Assembly: GCA_028534125.1 (NCBI GenBank)
Contig: CM052816.1
Coordinates: 6,326,001 to 6,390,000 of the forward strand
Direction: 5' to 3'
Length of the DNA stretch: 64,000 nt
DNA from: Lama glama
Taxonomy: Eukaryota
A program made the translations under genes and the position numbers. Of the stretch, positions 39,060 to 52,170 are shown in pieces (positions within the stretch are counted from its first letter, which is position 1; every line of letters begins with the position of its first letter). The notes beneath the pieces were generated by a model, which saw only the letters and a program-made list of their open reading frames with translations, had not been told where the DNA came from and did no database searches.

Positions 39060-39520
39060 CATCTTTGTGAGCTTTGGAAAATCACCAGCACTGTAGCCAC
39101 TGGACAGAAGAATATGCGCCTTTAAATTTTTGATAAATACTGCATAATTGTCCTCTGAAGTGTTGTGCCAATTTATTTTATATTGAGATAAAAATACAAG
39201 CGGTAAAATGCAAAAGATGTACTAATATTACCTATGGGTAGTGTGTGTACGCACACACACACGCACACACTCAGCAGTGGAGTATACCGGGTATCTCATC
39301 ATTTTGCCAGTAGTGAGTCTTACAAAATTTTAAGTCGTTTTATCAATTAGAGAGGTGGAAAATGATAAACCGTCTTTCAAATTTGCTTTTCTTTAGCTAC
39401 ATCCGAAGCTGAGCATCTTTTCATGTTATCTGACATTCTTTGAATTGCCTTGGCCCGTTTTCCGATTTGCCCAGTTTTTCCACTGATTTTTAAGACCCCT
39501 TTTTCTTAATATTTTAGATT
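39060..39520 (-). mobile_element. Old L1ME-type fragment
   Basis: 'tttaaatttttgataaatactgc', 'gtgccaattta', 'gctgagcatctttttcatgtt'. Confidence 0.6.
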
Positions 39521-40299
39521 AAACAAATTATTCCTTGGTGTCCTCAGGTTTAATTTAAAAAATGAGGTATGATATGAATACATGCGGAAAATCCCAACAG
39601 CACAAGACAATGAATATAGGTATCAATTGAGCGGTAGGGGCAAGAGGAGCCATGGCATCCCAGAGACGTCACAGCACAGGGCTGATCTGAACGTATCATC
39701 AGTGCCGTTCTCTGTGGCCTGAATTTGCATAGCCTTCCCCCTCCCTGGGTTGGCAGCCTTATTGTCACGCTGTTCCAACACTGTTTCACCGTCTCAGTCC
39801 TGTGCACCCCGAGAAGGGCCTGCCACCTGGTGCACGTGGGAGCAGTACAGAGGTCAGGAGCCAGAGCACCGCCAGTCAGGTGCCGCACCACCACCACTGG
39901 CTGCCACGGAGATGGTTCAGACCATCTGGAGTGTGTGGACATCCTCACCACAGTTTCACAGATCAGGGTGATTGTTTTTATTGTTGCTGCAGTTTAAAAC
40001 TCTCAGTGAACTGAGGAGAACTGGTTTGTGTTGGGTCAGGCTGAGGTGGGAGAGGAGAGGCTATGCCAGAGGCGGACGAGGGGCAGGGTCGCCTAGGCTC
40101 GGGAAATGGCTACGATACACAAGAACGGAAGTCGAATTGAACAACAGCAGTGTGAAAGGGACAAGCGTGAGATAAATCTGGAAGGTGGTAGGCTGGCATC
40201 AGATTGTGGGGCCTTTAATTTTCAGCCTGTATATTTGGGATTCCAGAGAGGAGCTGTCAAGGCTTGGGCTGGGCTGTTGAAATCACTGCTTTGGGGAAG

Positions 40300-40540
40300 C
40301 AGCCTAACATGGTGGTTTAGGTCTAGCCACTGGAGCACGGGTCCTGGAGATGCCTTTTATAGACTTTGTCACTTTGGCAATTTATTTAATCCCTGAAAGT
40401 TAATTTCCTCATCTTGAAAATGGGGACAGTAACAATACAAACATCGTAAGATTATTGTCATAATTACAGGAGCTACTACATAAAAAGTACCTGGTCTAGT
40501 TCTTAGAAAATGGTAAGCTCTCTGTAAGTATCAGTGGTTA
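40300..40540 (+). mobile_element. MIR SINE
   Basis: 'catggtggtttagg..ctttggcaatttatttaatcc..ttcctcatcttgaaaatgggg'. Confidence 0.8.
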
Positions 40541-41049
40541 TTGATGGCTACTGAAAAGGATTATCACTGTTTTTAGAAGGAAAACAGTACTTCTGTATTG
40601 AGAATCTGTATTTTAACATATTATTCTTTTACCACATGGCATTTAATTTTTTTCAGATTTCTAAAATTGTACCACTTGCTAACATAGCCTGAAGCCTCAA
40701 ATATAATAAACAAACAGCACTTAAAATATTTAAAAATCCAAACAACAGCCCCCACATGTACAACAACAAGAAGCATCTTATACCTAACAACGAAGAATAA
40801 AAATAGTCTTTCTGGCCAATCTAATGTAGGTAGGTTGATTTTTGCATTTGTTGCTGAAGTTTAGAAAAGTAGCGGATATGATCAACTGTGGTCACAGGAC
40901 ACAGAGACAGAAATAGCCTTTCTCTGAAATACTGTGCTGCTTCCTCCACCAAGGGGTGATGCAAGTGTTGTGACAATAAAAAATATATATAAGTAAGGTT
41001 AGCTCTGCTTTTATGAATTTATAGGGTGGTTAGGTATATCAGGTGCTGT

Positions 41050-41275
41050 CGTTTGGTTAAAAGAACACAGAATTTGAAGTTTGAAGAAAAATTAAGTTGA
41101 ATCCAGAGTCAACCTGTTATTAAATGAGACCTTGTACACCCTGCCTGCTCGGAGCGTTTTCTCACTTGTCAAATGGAGATAAAGAACTATTCATAGAATA
41201 GTGGTGATAATTAAATAAGTACACAGCATACTTTATGTGCCCCATATAACTGTAACATTGTAGAGTGTTCTATAA
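41050..41275 (+). mobile_element. MIR SINE
   Basis: 'ggttaaaagaacacag..gttgaatcc..ttctcacttgtcaaatggagata'. Confidence 0.7.
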
Positions 41276-41399
41276 AGGGCAGAGGAAATGCTGCGTGAAG
41301 TGAGAACTTGATTTTTGCCTGTTCTTGCAACTTCATAGTAGCATCACATTTTCTCTCCTGGGTCTTAGTTTCTTCAGTAAGACAAGGCTGGACGGAATC

Positions 41400-41573
41400 A
41401 CTGGTTATTACACTTTAGCAGGCATCAGAATCGCTTGGCCAGTTAGTTAAAACACAGATTTCTGGGCTCTACCCAAAGAGTTTCTGACTCAGTAACCCAA
41501 GAATTGCCGTTTCTAACAAGTTTGCAGGGGATGCTAATGCTGTTGGTCTAGGGACCTCTCTGAAAACCACTGG
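41400..41573. mobile_element. MER5A hAT MITE
   Basis: 'gcatcagaatc..gttaaaacacagatttctgggc..tttctaacaag..gatgctaatgctgttggtc..gaaaaccactg'. Confidence 0.85.
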
Positions 41574-41859
41574 ACTCCATTTTTCACTCCCAATTTTTTT
41601 CCAGTAATAAGATACGCTTTTTTTTTATATTGAGACATTCAAGGCTCTAATCTTGTCTTTATTGTCACAATTATTGTACTTTTAGTATCCTTTAGTTGAA
41701 TAGCCCGATAATGGGTTTTAAAAGTCATTATGAATTTAGTAAATTTTTATTGATTTTAATGCAGTCCACATGCTTGTTGAAAGTTGCTAGGTCTCTGCAT
41801 TGGTACTGCTCAGCCTCTTGTTGCTTGTTGCATGTTCTAAATGTCAGACAGTACGTGGA

Positions 41860-42250
41860 AATGCATTAACAATGATGCAAAGTAAATTTTCAAATCTTGC
41901 AAGAGACGCAGGATTTTGGAAAGCTGATGAAGGTGGCTCTGGGTCACCTTGCAAATTCACTGACGTACAAGGTTCTGAAAGAGTGAGATCAGTCAACTGA
42001 GGAAGGGCAAATCACCAAGGATGTGAGGACTAGAAAAAGGATGATTTGAGTATTGAAGGTTAAGACAGAGGCCCTGGGATAAATTGATCAGGCTCACAGA
42101 TATAATTGCAAAAAAAACCCCTGCTTAACTATAACATTGCAAGCGTAAAATAAAAGATGTTGTTTTCATGCTATCATATGCTTTTTCCAGAAAAAACACA
42201 GCATTCTCATCCCCCAACTTGTGGTTCATGACTTTGTCATTCTAAACATT
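41860..42250 (+). mobile_element. Ancient Tigger-like transposase C-terminal remnant
   Basis: Translation FSNLARDAGFWKADEG resembles the Tigger C-terminal 'I.NLA..VGF.EVDE.D' motif; heavily degraded. Confidence 0.4.
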
Positions 42251-44981
42251 AGTGCATAGCTATAAAAATCTAAGCCGTATTAATTACGTACGCTGGTAAT
42301 TTTCAAGAGAACAGTCCCAACTAAATGTCTTTTTGTTTGTAGTTTACTGTGAAACTTTAGTCTTCTTTTTAAATGAAGCCATTTTAAGTGTCTTTTACTC
42401 TGATAGTAATTTTTTATAGATTGAAAAAGTTACTCAAAGCATGAATGATTGATAAGCCCTAAAACAATTCAGAAGGGTGAGGAGAGAATTCACCAGCAAG
42501 TTAGGTAGTCAGGGAGAAATGCCCGTGAGTAGAGTGTTAACTAGGCCATAAAGAATTAAGTTTCAGGGGAAGATAAGGCGTGTTATGGGTGCTTCATAAA
42601 GAATGTTGACCTTGGGCAGTGTCCTGCTACAAAATTTGCATGCAGTGGCCACCTCGCTGGCTCTAGTGTGAATGCAGTTCACACAACTGAAAAAGTTCTC
42701 AGCAGACTGAATTATAAGTTTAAGTGACTGTGTTCCCCCAAATGATGGACCTCTGGAGAATAATCCAACTGACTGAATTGTCCAGTCCACTTAGACAAGC
42801 AGGTGACTCAGTCGAAACTCATTTGTTCTTAGCAATGCGAGTGTCCATGACTTAGAATCCAATGCCTCAGTCAGTGGCTTTATTATTTGATTGTTGGTGT
42901 CACGGTATCATGTACACATAGACACCGTATGCAGAGAGAGCTGATGGCTACTCTGAAGCTTTATTAAGTTACACAATCTTATGTAGCAAAGAAGAACGAC
43001 AAGGGAGATGGTTAACAGGCAGTGTCTGGCTCAAGGTCAGAAGACTTTTTATGTTTTGGTAAATCATGTTCATGTTGGCACCAGCGAGCCTTACAGCTTA
43101 TCAAGGCAGAATGTGTGAGAAACGGCTGCTTCACAACATTCTTCTTGGACTCAGGTGGCTGTGCCTGCCTCAGGTTGCCCCCCTCTGGGGATCTTACCCG
43201 TCCTTGGCTAACCAGCCTTCTCACCTCTGAGTCTGCAGCTTTTTATAACTTGTTTACCCTTCCGGCCCAAGGCTCGTTCCTTTGTTCCCACAGTCGGAGG
43301 GCTACATTTGATGAGAAAATCGAGAGAACAGACCCCTGGGAACTTCCTTGGAAACACCCTCGGTACCCTTTCCTATAACCTTGCTCACAACAAATCTGGC
43401 GCTGACTGACTTGATGGTGAAGTGACTCTTCAGCAGGGCATCTCTTAGAGAGCGTGAGCCAAAATGGAAGCAGGATGAGTACCATCTGCCCAGATCCTCG
43501 TAGCGCTTCTGTAGGTGTCCCCAAAGTCTGGCTGGGGCGGTTTTCATAGTGGTGCTGATAGGCAGGCTTTCAGTGACTAGACAAAATGATACCTCCTGTT
43601 TTATCCCTTAGCATGACAGGTATCATGAAGAAAATGACTGCTCATAAGACTCAAATGCATTTCTACACATCTAATCAAACAATTCTATGCATTTTGAGTA
43701 CTGATTTCTATAAGAGCTGGAAGTTTCAAAGGATGCAGATTTAACTTAATGCACGTTAAATCTGCTAGGAAAAATACTAAAGGAATGTTAGATAAGGATC
43801 ACATAGACTGAGATCAGAATGATGATTATGAACAGAAGGCTTTGAGTGGTCAGAGGCAAATAAAACATCCTACGACTAACAGAACAAAAACTAGGTGCAA
43901 ATAGTCCAGCAGCCGTAGTCAAAATGTAAAAGCATGGTATAGAAAGTTGTGAGTCACCATGAGAGTGCTGTAATCCGAGATGCTAGGGAAAGAGCCACAC
44001 ATCTGATACGTTCCATAATATTTTATGAATACACGCACTCTACCAGTTTAGGGGATGTGTGTGTGGTGCAGCTACTTACTCCTCAGTCCAGGGTCATGCC
44101 CCCCAAAGACTTCCTGGGACCAGACAGTTAGCTGAGGCATATAGACCTGGGGGAGACTGGAATGAACTGGAGTACACACAACCCTTTTACAATGAGCAGC
44201 TACTGTAGAGCTCCACAGAGTATTATTAAATCCACTTAGTGAGGTCTTCCAGTTTTTAGGGGGAGGTCAGGATGGTTATGCGAAAATTATTTTAAAATTT
44301 TGATACTCCTTTAAAAAACAAAAAACAAAAAATCAACCCTGTGTAAGTCAAACAAAGTATTTTTGTGAACAGTACTACTGAGGGCCAGAGAGGAGAAGGG
44401 GCTTGCCCAAGATGATCAGGTCCGCCAGGGTTGGCAGAGTGAGGATTAGAACGTGGTGACATAAAGCTCACTGTTGCTTCTCATGAAATAGACAGTCTGT
44501 ATTTGGTTCTCTTCCCTGTGGAAAAGGTGGAGAGAAGTTTAGGAACCAGATGGGGCCATTTAAAAAGTCGACAGGTTCAAGAGTAGTTGGTAGCAAGCTG
44601 GTAGCTACCATTATATACACACAACTTTAAGCCCAAGAAAAAGTTGACTCGGTCTCTTTGTATAAACGTCTTTAAAGAACGGGTGCTACTATTATTGCAT
44701 GAACTTTTAAGAAGCAGAATGTCCTAGAGGTTGCTTGTCAAAGCACAGAGCCTCATTTTCTAGACTGTTAAGGGCACAGAAAGGTTCAGGGGAAAATGCT
44801 TGATAACTCACATAAAAGGGAGAAGGCAGAACTGTCTTCTGAGGCACTGGCTGAGTTCTGAAGGGCATTTCAGTGGAAGAAACCGGCAGCCAGCAAGACA
44901 GACTTAAAGCCTTGATTATCCTGAGCCCCAGGCTCTGTCCTGGAGGTGAAACTGCTCTCACTACTTTTTATCAGCAGGGTT

Positions 44982-45397
44982 ATTTTTTTTTTTTCAAATT
45001 GAAGTGTAGTCAGTTACAATGTGTCAATTTCTGGTGTACAGCACAATGTCCCAGTCATGCATATATATACATATATTTGTTTTCATATTCTTTTTCATTA
45101 AAGGTTATTATAAGATATTGAATATAGTTCCCTGTGCTATACAGAAGAAATTTATTTTTTAATCTATTTTTATACATAGGGGCTAACATTTGCAAATCTC
45201 AAACTCCCAGATTTATCCCTTCCTACCCCCTTTCCCCTGGTAACCATAAGATTGTTTACTATGTCTGCGAGTCTGTTTCTGTTTTGTAGATGAGTTCGTT
45301 AGTGTCCCCTTCTCCATTTTTTTTAGATTCCACATATGAGTGATATCATATGGTATTTTTCTTTCTCTTTCTGGCTTACTTTACTTAGAATGATGAT
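44982..45397 (-). mobile_element. Young 5'-truncated L1 3' end
   Basis: Poly-T + 'aaattgaagtgtagtcagttacaatg'; very similar to 7355-7750; TSD-like atcag..gggtt flanks. Confidence 0.93.
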
Positions 45398-46739
45398 CAG
45401 TGGGTTCTTGATGTCAGAGAAGAGATTTCCGGAGGCTTGGTAGAACCTGTTGGGAAGGGGCCAACTCCAGGGAGAGTGGCTTGTAATTTGAGGGCTTTAT
45501 CCCTTCTTACTCCTTAATTCTATTTCAACTACAGCTCCTGAACTAACACTGTTGATGTTCCCTATTGTCCAATGGTGGAGAAATAACTTGGGGAAATAAA
45601 ATAATTGGCAGAAAGTGAATTCAGAGATAGAAAGTCCAGGAGAAGGAAATCATAGAAAATCTGAGTTCTGGTTTTGGATCTGTCACTGCCGTGATGTGTG
45701 ACCTTGGACACGTCACTTCATCTGTGAGTCTGACTGGCTTCATAGAGAATGGGGAGGTTGAAATGGGTTGTTCAAATTTATGTCTGGTTTTAATAAATAA
45801 ATTAAAACAATGGAATGGTTCTTTGCCTGTATGATCATAGAGGGCTTACTGTCAGTTGCCAGATGTTTACAAGACAGCTCTCCTTGAACCAAAGAACAAG
45901 TCATCTGTGGTGGCATTGTGAGCATCAGTAGGGAAGGTGGACTTGGCCGGAGAAGACTTTTCCACTTGTCACCCACATCTCTGGGAAAGGGCAGCTCTTT
46001 GCTTATTTCTGGGTTTTATCTGTCTTCTCCCTACCACCGGCCCCAGCACTCAAAATCACTGATATTCTGGGACTCTCAGAGACCATGTTAGCTGTTGTCA
46101 AATGGAAGACTGAACAAATTTTCAGTTGTAACCGTGCCAAGTGGTTGTTGTACCTATCTTCCTGTAAATGGGATGCTCAGGACCTTTTGGAGGTTGGTCC
46201 CTCTGCCACTGTTCCACTTGGGGAGGGGAAGAGATATCATGATTGCTGCTTCACAGACCTGATGCCAAATCCCTCCTGTGCTAGGTGGGCACGCCTAAGG
46301 GAAGACTGAATGGCAGCCAGGTTCTTCAAATGCCAATATGAATCCCAAACATGTTCTTTTTCTAAATCAGAAAGTCATGGGATTTTTTTTTCTTCTTCTT
46401 CGAAGTAAGCTTCCAAAATGGTTCTGATGCTTTGCCTTGAATGGGCAGAGCTGACTTTTCCCTGAGGACATATGTTGCTACTTCTGTAACTGTTGTCACT
46501 GCTGCAGTGATCTTAATCACCATTTTCAACATACAGAACGTTGCCTTGGTGCCATGCCCTGTGCTCAGGGATTTAAATGCATTTTCTTCCTCTCTCTCTC
46601 CCTGATAAAAGCGACACCCCATCCGAGATGATCTCTCTTGTCGCTATATCCTCAGGGCCTAGAGGATGGGGTGTCCTCACTGACAATTCAGCAAGGCCCT
46701 TGTACGTGTTGTTTTCTCTTTCTGACAGTCTTCATGCTG

Positions 46740-47030
46740 TTCCTTGTTTTGTTATTCCTGTTCATCAATATCTAAACTTAAATGTCACTCCTCTGGAAAG
46801 TCATTCCCTGACTTTCCAATCCAGAGTAGGCTCTCTCTTTATAGTCTCTAGACCATCTTTTATTGCTTCCACTCTTGAGTAGTTGCTCTATATTGACACA
46901 TTAAATGCTTGTGTTTCCTTGGACTTCAGCTCCATTAGGCAAGGGGCAAGGCTTTTATTTGTCATTGTGTTCCCTGTAATTACCACTGTACCTCCTACAG
47001 AGAAGGGGTTCCATAAATATTGGTTAAAAT
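46740..47030 (+). mobile_element. L2 3' end
   Basis: 'cttaaatgtcactcctctggaaag..agctccattaggcaagggg..ataaatattgg'. Confidence 0.65.
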
Positions 47031-49659
47031 TGGTTGGAAAAAATCCACGGGGCAGGTCATATTAGCCCCATTTTCTTAATGATGAATTTGGGACTCAACT
47101 AAATGACTTAGGGTTACATAAAAAATTACAGGGCTCATGTAAAAACTCACAGTATTGACCTAGCTCTAACGGTGTATTGACCGTCAGTTACGGCTACCTA
47201 CGTAAATATTTCATCTGTTAGCCTTGGCACAGCCCTACCAGAAAGGTAGATTTTATTATTCCTCCTTAAGTGAAAAATTTGAGGCACATGAGGGTCCAGT
47301 GACTTACCTGAATTCATGAAGCTACTGAATGGTGGAATCTGGAGTGATGTTTGACCTCAGAACCCACATTCTCTCTGGCATTCGTGCCACCTAGCACGTT
47401 GCCCTGGTGGGGGCTTGGGCACACGTAGGTATCGTATACACACGTGTGCTGTATTTAAACTCGAGAGTTTAAATTTCCAGTCTGTAAGCTTGCCATCAGA
47501 TGAGCAGCAAGTGTCTCCTCTCTCATCAGCCTAATCTGGGGAGTGGAGTAACGCAGGAGAGTCTGCCGATACGTTTTGGTCCCAAATGCTTTTGCTCAGC
47601 CATATGGCTTCTTAAGAGTCACTTGCAAATAGAAGGTGAGACTTGAGAACAATAATGAAAAGTCATAGATCACAGGTTAATTAATCCCTCACTTCGCATA
47701 GCACCTGGCCACCGACGCCTTCAGCTCCCATGAATGACCTGCAAATCATAGGCCAAGTAAACGGGAGTTAGACTGGCTTCCTAGGCCAGGTAGCACTCCT
47801 GACAACCTGCAATATATGCGGAGCAGCTGAGTGCATCAAAGTCACTTTAATAGTCATAATCTCTTTTTTTTTTAATTCAGAAAGATGTGTGAGCTTGGCC
47901 AGACATTAACATGTTTTGTTTGATTTGTTTTCATCTGGTGACATTTAATAACCCATGAATGGATGCCAGGGTCTTGGCTAAGTACTTTGTCTTTTCTTAG
48001 GTGATTTAGTCCTCATAGAAGTTCTGTAAGCCAGGGAATGGTGTTGTTCTCATTTTATGGATGAGTGAGCTGACATTTGGAGAGTGTCAGTGCCTTCTGC
48101 AGAGTCATCTGGTTGACAGTGGTCTGAGCCAGAACCACGGCCACTACACTTGCATCAGCAGCATCATTTTCTTCTTTTATCAGCAAGTCCTCTCTGTTAA
48201 CTAGGACTCTTATGAATGCTTCGTACAAGTTGCTTATTCCCTATGAACCACATGATTTTGATGAAATGTGTAATAGCATTGTTCCAATGTCGCCCAGTTA
48301 ACAGTGCTGTAGCTCAGAAAGATCTAGTGAGTTGTTCAAGGCCATAAGACTGGTGACCCGCAGAGGCAGGACTTGAACTCAGAAAGTGGTGTCCTCAGAG
48401 CCCAAACTCTGAACTTGTTATTCCACGGCATCCCTGGGCTGTCTCAGACTTCTGCCCCATAGTCTGCTGTCTCTGGTGATAGTTCATCATTTTGTCTTCA
48501 ATATGTGCAATATGTGAGAATACTTTCTCCTTGCTAAAGTTTCCTAGTATGTACAAAGGAGCAATTGACCCCTGGATGGTAGGGCTTTTCCCTTCCTCCT
48601 GTGATAGAGTAAGTGGAAGAGAGATACACGAAGGAAGTTTCCAGAGGTTGTAGCGTTGTGTCTGACCATGGCGCTTCCACTGGGTGCTGGCCAGGAATGA
48701 TCATTAACAAATACCCTTCCCCTGTATCCTCCCAGGATGGAACTGAATTGTGGATGAACAAGAGCAGGTGGTCCAGCAGAAGCAGTACCATATGGTAATT
48801 AATTAGGCCCACGTGTCAGAATGGCTAGAGACCTGAGGTTTGGCTGACACTTTGATAATGGCAAGGAAAGAAGTCACCCTTCATACTTAGGTTTGCTAGG
48901 GGTGGCAGGTGGGGACTTCAGATACCAGTATGCCTGTGGCATCTTGGTAAGAAAGAGCATTGAACTGGGAGTAAGGAGACACCTCATGTTAGCTTTTACT
49001 TTACCTAGTTTAGGCCTTGAATTTTCTTTTTGTAAAGTGAGAAAGGAAGACTTCTTAACTATCTTATGAGAAAACCCTTCTGTGATATCAGATTCATTCA
49101 TCCGTTTTGAGCGAAGGCCAACCAGGTGCCTTCAACTACACTCTAAGTTTTGGAGAAAGACCAAGGTGGATGTCACTGGACTTCTGTGCCATTGGTAGAC
49201 TTAACAGTAGAGCCCTCCTCCCCAAATCTGCTGAGTGCCCCAACAGTATTACTTATTTGAATGAGCTTTGTAACCTCTCACTCAGTGTTTGGGAAGCTTT
49301 TTCTGCAAAGGGCCACATGGTTCGTATTTGACATGTCATGGACTAGATCTTGGATCTCTGTCTCCATCATTCAGCTCTGCCACGGTAAGTCAAAAGCAAT
49401 CATAGACTCATGTAAAGGAATGTGAGTTTAAATTCCCTCCTTTAAAGAGCCGTATAAAGGTGCCAGTGTTTCTCTTTGGTCTTTGCTTAATACCACCTAC
49501 TCTCAACATCCAGCTGCAACCCTCCTCTCCCCGGAACTTCCTGTTAATCTCCATCCTACTCTGGCCTCTCATTTTGCTGAACTCTTCCTAGTCAAATAGC
49601 CTGGACCATCAAACTGGGGACCGGGTTCTGATATTAATAGTGATGTCAGCATGGATGGA

Positions 49660-50010
49660 CTTCACTCTATTTGGAATGTTCTTCTTCAGATCTTTGCATG
49701 GAGGGCTTCTGCAGGCTATTCAGGCCTCAGCGTGAAAACTACCTTCCCCCAAATATCAAGTCCTTAACAGGGCAGCTCTTTGAATTTTCTTCGTAAATCT
49801 TATTGATGGGAAAAGACTAAGCTTGCCTGCTTACATGCTTTATTGCTGTACCTGGCACCTGGGGAGACCTCACGTGATGTTAGCTGTTATCATCTTCCTC
49901 CAAGTCATTTGCTCCTTGTAGAATGCAAGTGGCTTGGAAGCTGGAACTGTGTCTTGTCGCCAGCATCTAATAGTTCCTTGGGCCACATGCACACTAAATA
50001 TTGGCTGAGA
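49660..50010 (+). mobile_element. L2 3' end
   Basis: 'ggaatgttcttcttcagatctttgcatgg..tagaatgcaagt..cactaaatattggctga'. Confidence 0.65.
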
Positions 50011-50640
50011 GAAGGGACACACTGAGTGCCTCCTCTGCCAGCCATTACCCTAGAGGATTTTACGTGGATTTTCTTACAGAGCCCTCCTAGCACCTCTCTG
50101 GGGTAAGTCCTGCCATTAGCAGCTGGGGAAGCTGAAGATTATTTAGGGGAGGGACTGCCCGCAGTCACACTGGTGAGCCAGTCAAATCCTGTCCTAGCTG
50201 GACCCCAAGCCTAGACTCTTCTCTCTTTTATTATCTTGGCGGACGTTTGTATGATCGCTTCTTGGTCAAAAACACCTGCTTTCTCATTGGCTTCTGGATG
50301 TTTTGTTTACCCTAATGGTAGAGAAGATTCCTGAAGAGGGGGGCGGGGAGGCTATGTTTCATTTCTTTTTATTGCTCACATGTTGTCTAGCGTTATGCTT
50401 GGCCCAGAGTGGAAGATTTCCAGCATTATTTTGCACATGACTTGACTGGCATCGAAGGAAATCTTTCCTGTGTGTTTTAGTGCCACGAGGGATTCCTATC
50501 TTTCTCCAGATGGAGTTGCTTCTAGTTCTCTCGTAACACCATTTTCCCCATCCTCGGGGACTGAATGCACTTTGTGCAGCCTAAGTACAAAGACTTGGCA
50601 TCTCTAAATAGCAGGGCAATTACGGGTGGTGCTTCGAGGG

Positions 50641-51140
50641 NNNNNNNNNNNNNNNNNNNNNNNNNNNNNNNNNNNNNNNNNNNNNNNNNNNNNNNNNNNN
50701 NNNNNNNNNNNNNNNNNNNNNNNNNNNNNNNNNNNNNNNNNNNNNNNNNNNNNNNNNNNNNNNNNNNNNNNNNNNNNNNNNNNNNNNNNNNNNNNNNNNN
50801 NNNNNNNNNNNNNNNNNNNNNNNNNNNNNNNNNNNNNNNNNNNNNNNNNNNNNNNNNNNNNNNNNNNNNNNNNNNNNNNNNNNNNNNNNNNNNNNNNNNN
50901 NNNNNNNNNNNNNNNNNNNNNNNNNNNNNNNNNNNNNNNNNNNNNNNNNNNNNNNNNNNNNNNNNNNNNNNNNNNNNNNNNNNNNNNNNNNNNNNNNNNN
51001 NNNNNNNNNNNNNNNNNNNNNNNNNNNNNNNNNNNNNNNNNNNNNNNNNNNNNNNNNNNNNNNNNNNNNNNNNNNNNNNNNNNNNNNNNNNNNNNNNNNN
51101 NNNNNNNNNNNNNNNNNNNNNNNNNNNNNNNNNNNNNNNN
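50641..51140. other. Assembly gap (500 N)
   Basis: Run of N. Confidence 1.
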
Positions 51141-51676
51141 AACACAAACACAATGTAATCAATTTATTTGCCACTTTCTAACAAGGATTGCCTGTCTTTC
51201 AGTTTCCAGTAACATGTTCATTATTTCCTCATTTCATTCTGAGATCTGGCTGGAATGGCCTTTACTGTCCAAATTTCTGCAAATATTCTGTCCAGGGTTA
51301 CTTAGGTGTTCTCTCAGAAGGCTGGGGCTTTCTCTGCAGCTCTTCTCTTTTCCTTCTGAGCTCTTCCCAGAATCACCTTTAAGGCTTCATCCAAGGGGGA
51401 AGGTGTAGCTCAAGTGGTAGACCACATGCTTAGCATGCATGAGGTCCTGGGTTCAATCCCCGGTACCTCCTCTAAAAAAAAATAAATAAATAAACCTAAT
51501 TACCTACATCCCTCCTCCCTCCACAAAAAAACCCCTAAAGCTTCATTCGTAGCAGTGTAGGCTTTTTGTAGCACGCACCCCAAAACTTCTCCAGCCTCTG
51601 TTTCCTACCCAGTCCCAGAGCCCCTTCCCCTTTTCCAGTATTTGTTGCAGCATCACCCAGCTCTTGGTATCAGTTT
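51141..51676 (-). mobile_element. MaLR internal sequence 5' part (interrupted by SINE)
   Basis: 'gaatggcctttactgtcc', 'ccagaatcacc', 'tccagcctct..tacccagt..agtatttgttgcagcatcaccc..ctcttggtatca' reverse MLT/MST-int start. Confidence 0.75.
51395..51535 (+). mobile_element. tRNA-Ala(AGC)-derived SINE (camelid Vic-1 type)
   Basis: A box tagctcaagtgg, B box ggttcaatccc, cttAGCat anticodon loop, tail 'aaataaataaataaacctaattacc', TSD taa(g/a)gcttcat(c/t)c at 51380-51392 and 51536-51548. Confidence 0.9.
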
Positions 51677-52170
51677 GTGTCTCAGGGTTCTCTGGAGACA
51701 GAACCACTAGGATATAGAGAGAAAGAGATTTATTGTACGAAGTTGACGCACACAATTATGGAAGCTGAAAAGTCCCGTGAACTGTCATCTGTGAGCTAGA
51801 GACCCAGGGAGGCTGGTGCTATAATTCAGTCCAAGACGTAAGGCCTGAGAACCAGGGGTGCTGATGGTGAGATTCCAGTCTAGACTTGAAGGTCTGCAGC
51901 CCAGGATTGTGCTGGGTGGAAGAAGATACAGCAGACACCTAGATCAAGCATGCAGGCAGGAGCGGCAGAATCCTTCCTTCCTCTTTATGCCTTTGTGCTC
52001 TGTCCTGGGTTGGATGATGACCACCGCTTTGGGGAGGCAAACCACTTTACAGGAGTCCCCTGATTCAAATGCTCAGGTCCAGAGACACTCTCAGACACAG
52101 AAGTAATGTGTAACCAGATATCTGAGCACCTGTAAACCAGCCAAAGTGATACATAAAATTAACCATCACA
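51677..52170 (-). mobile_element. MLT2-type LTR
   Basis: 'agggttctctggagacagaacc..aattatggaagctgaaaagtcc..aaggcctgagaacc..acataaaattaaccatcaca'. Confidence 0.9.

Noticed and set aside
43293..43378. Acceptor-like ttcccacag followed by RRATFDEKIERTDPWELPW
   Set aside because: All frames stop within ~120 nt, no good donor, peptide unrecognised
50522..51408. Long ORFs of 184-260 aa
   Set aside because: Artefacts of translating the N gap
51395..51471. tRNA-Ala(AGC) gene
   Set aside because: Stem mismatches, SINE-type A-rich tail and TSD show it is a retroposed SINE
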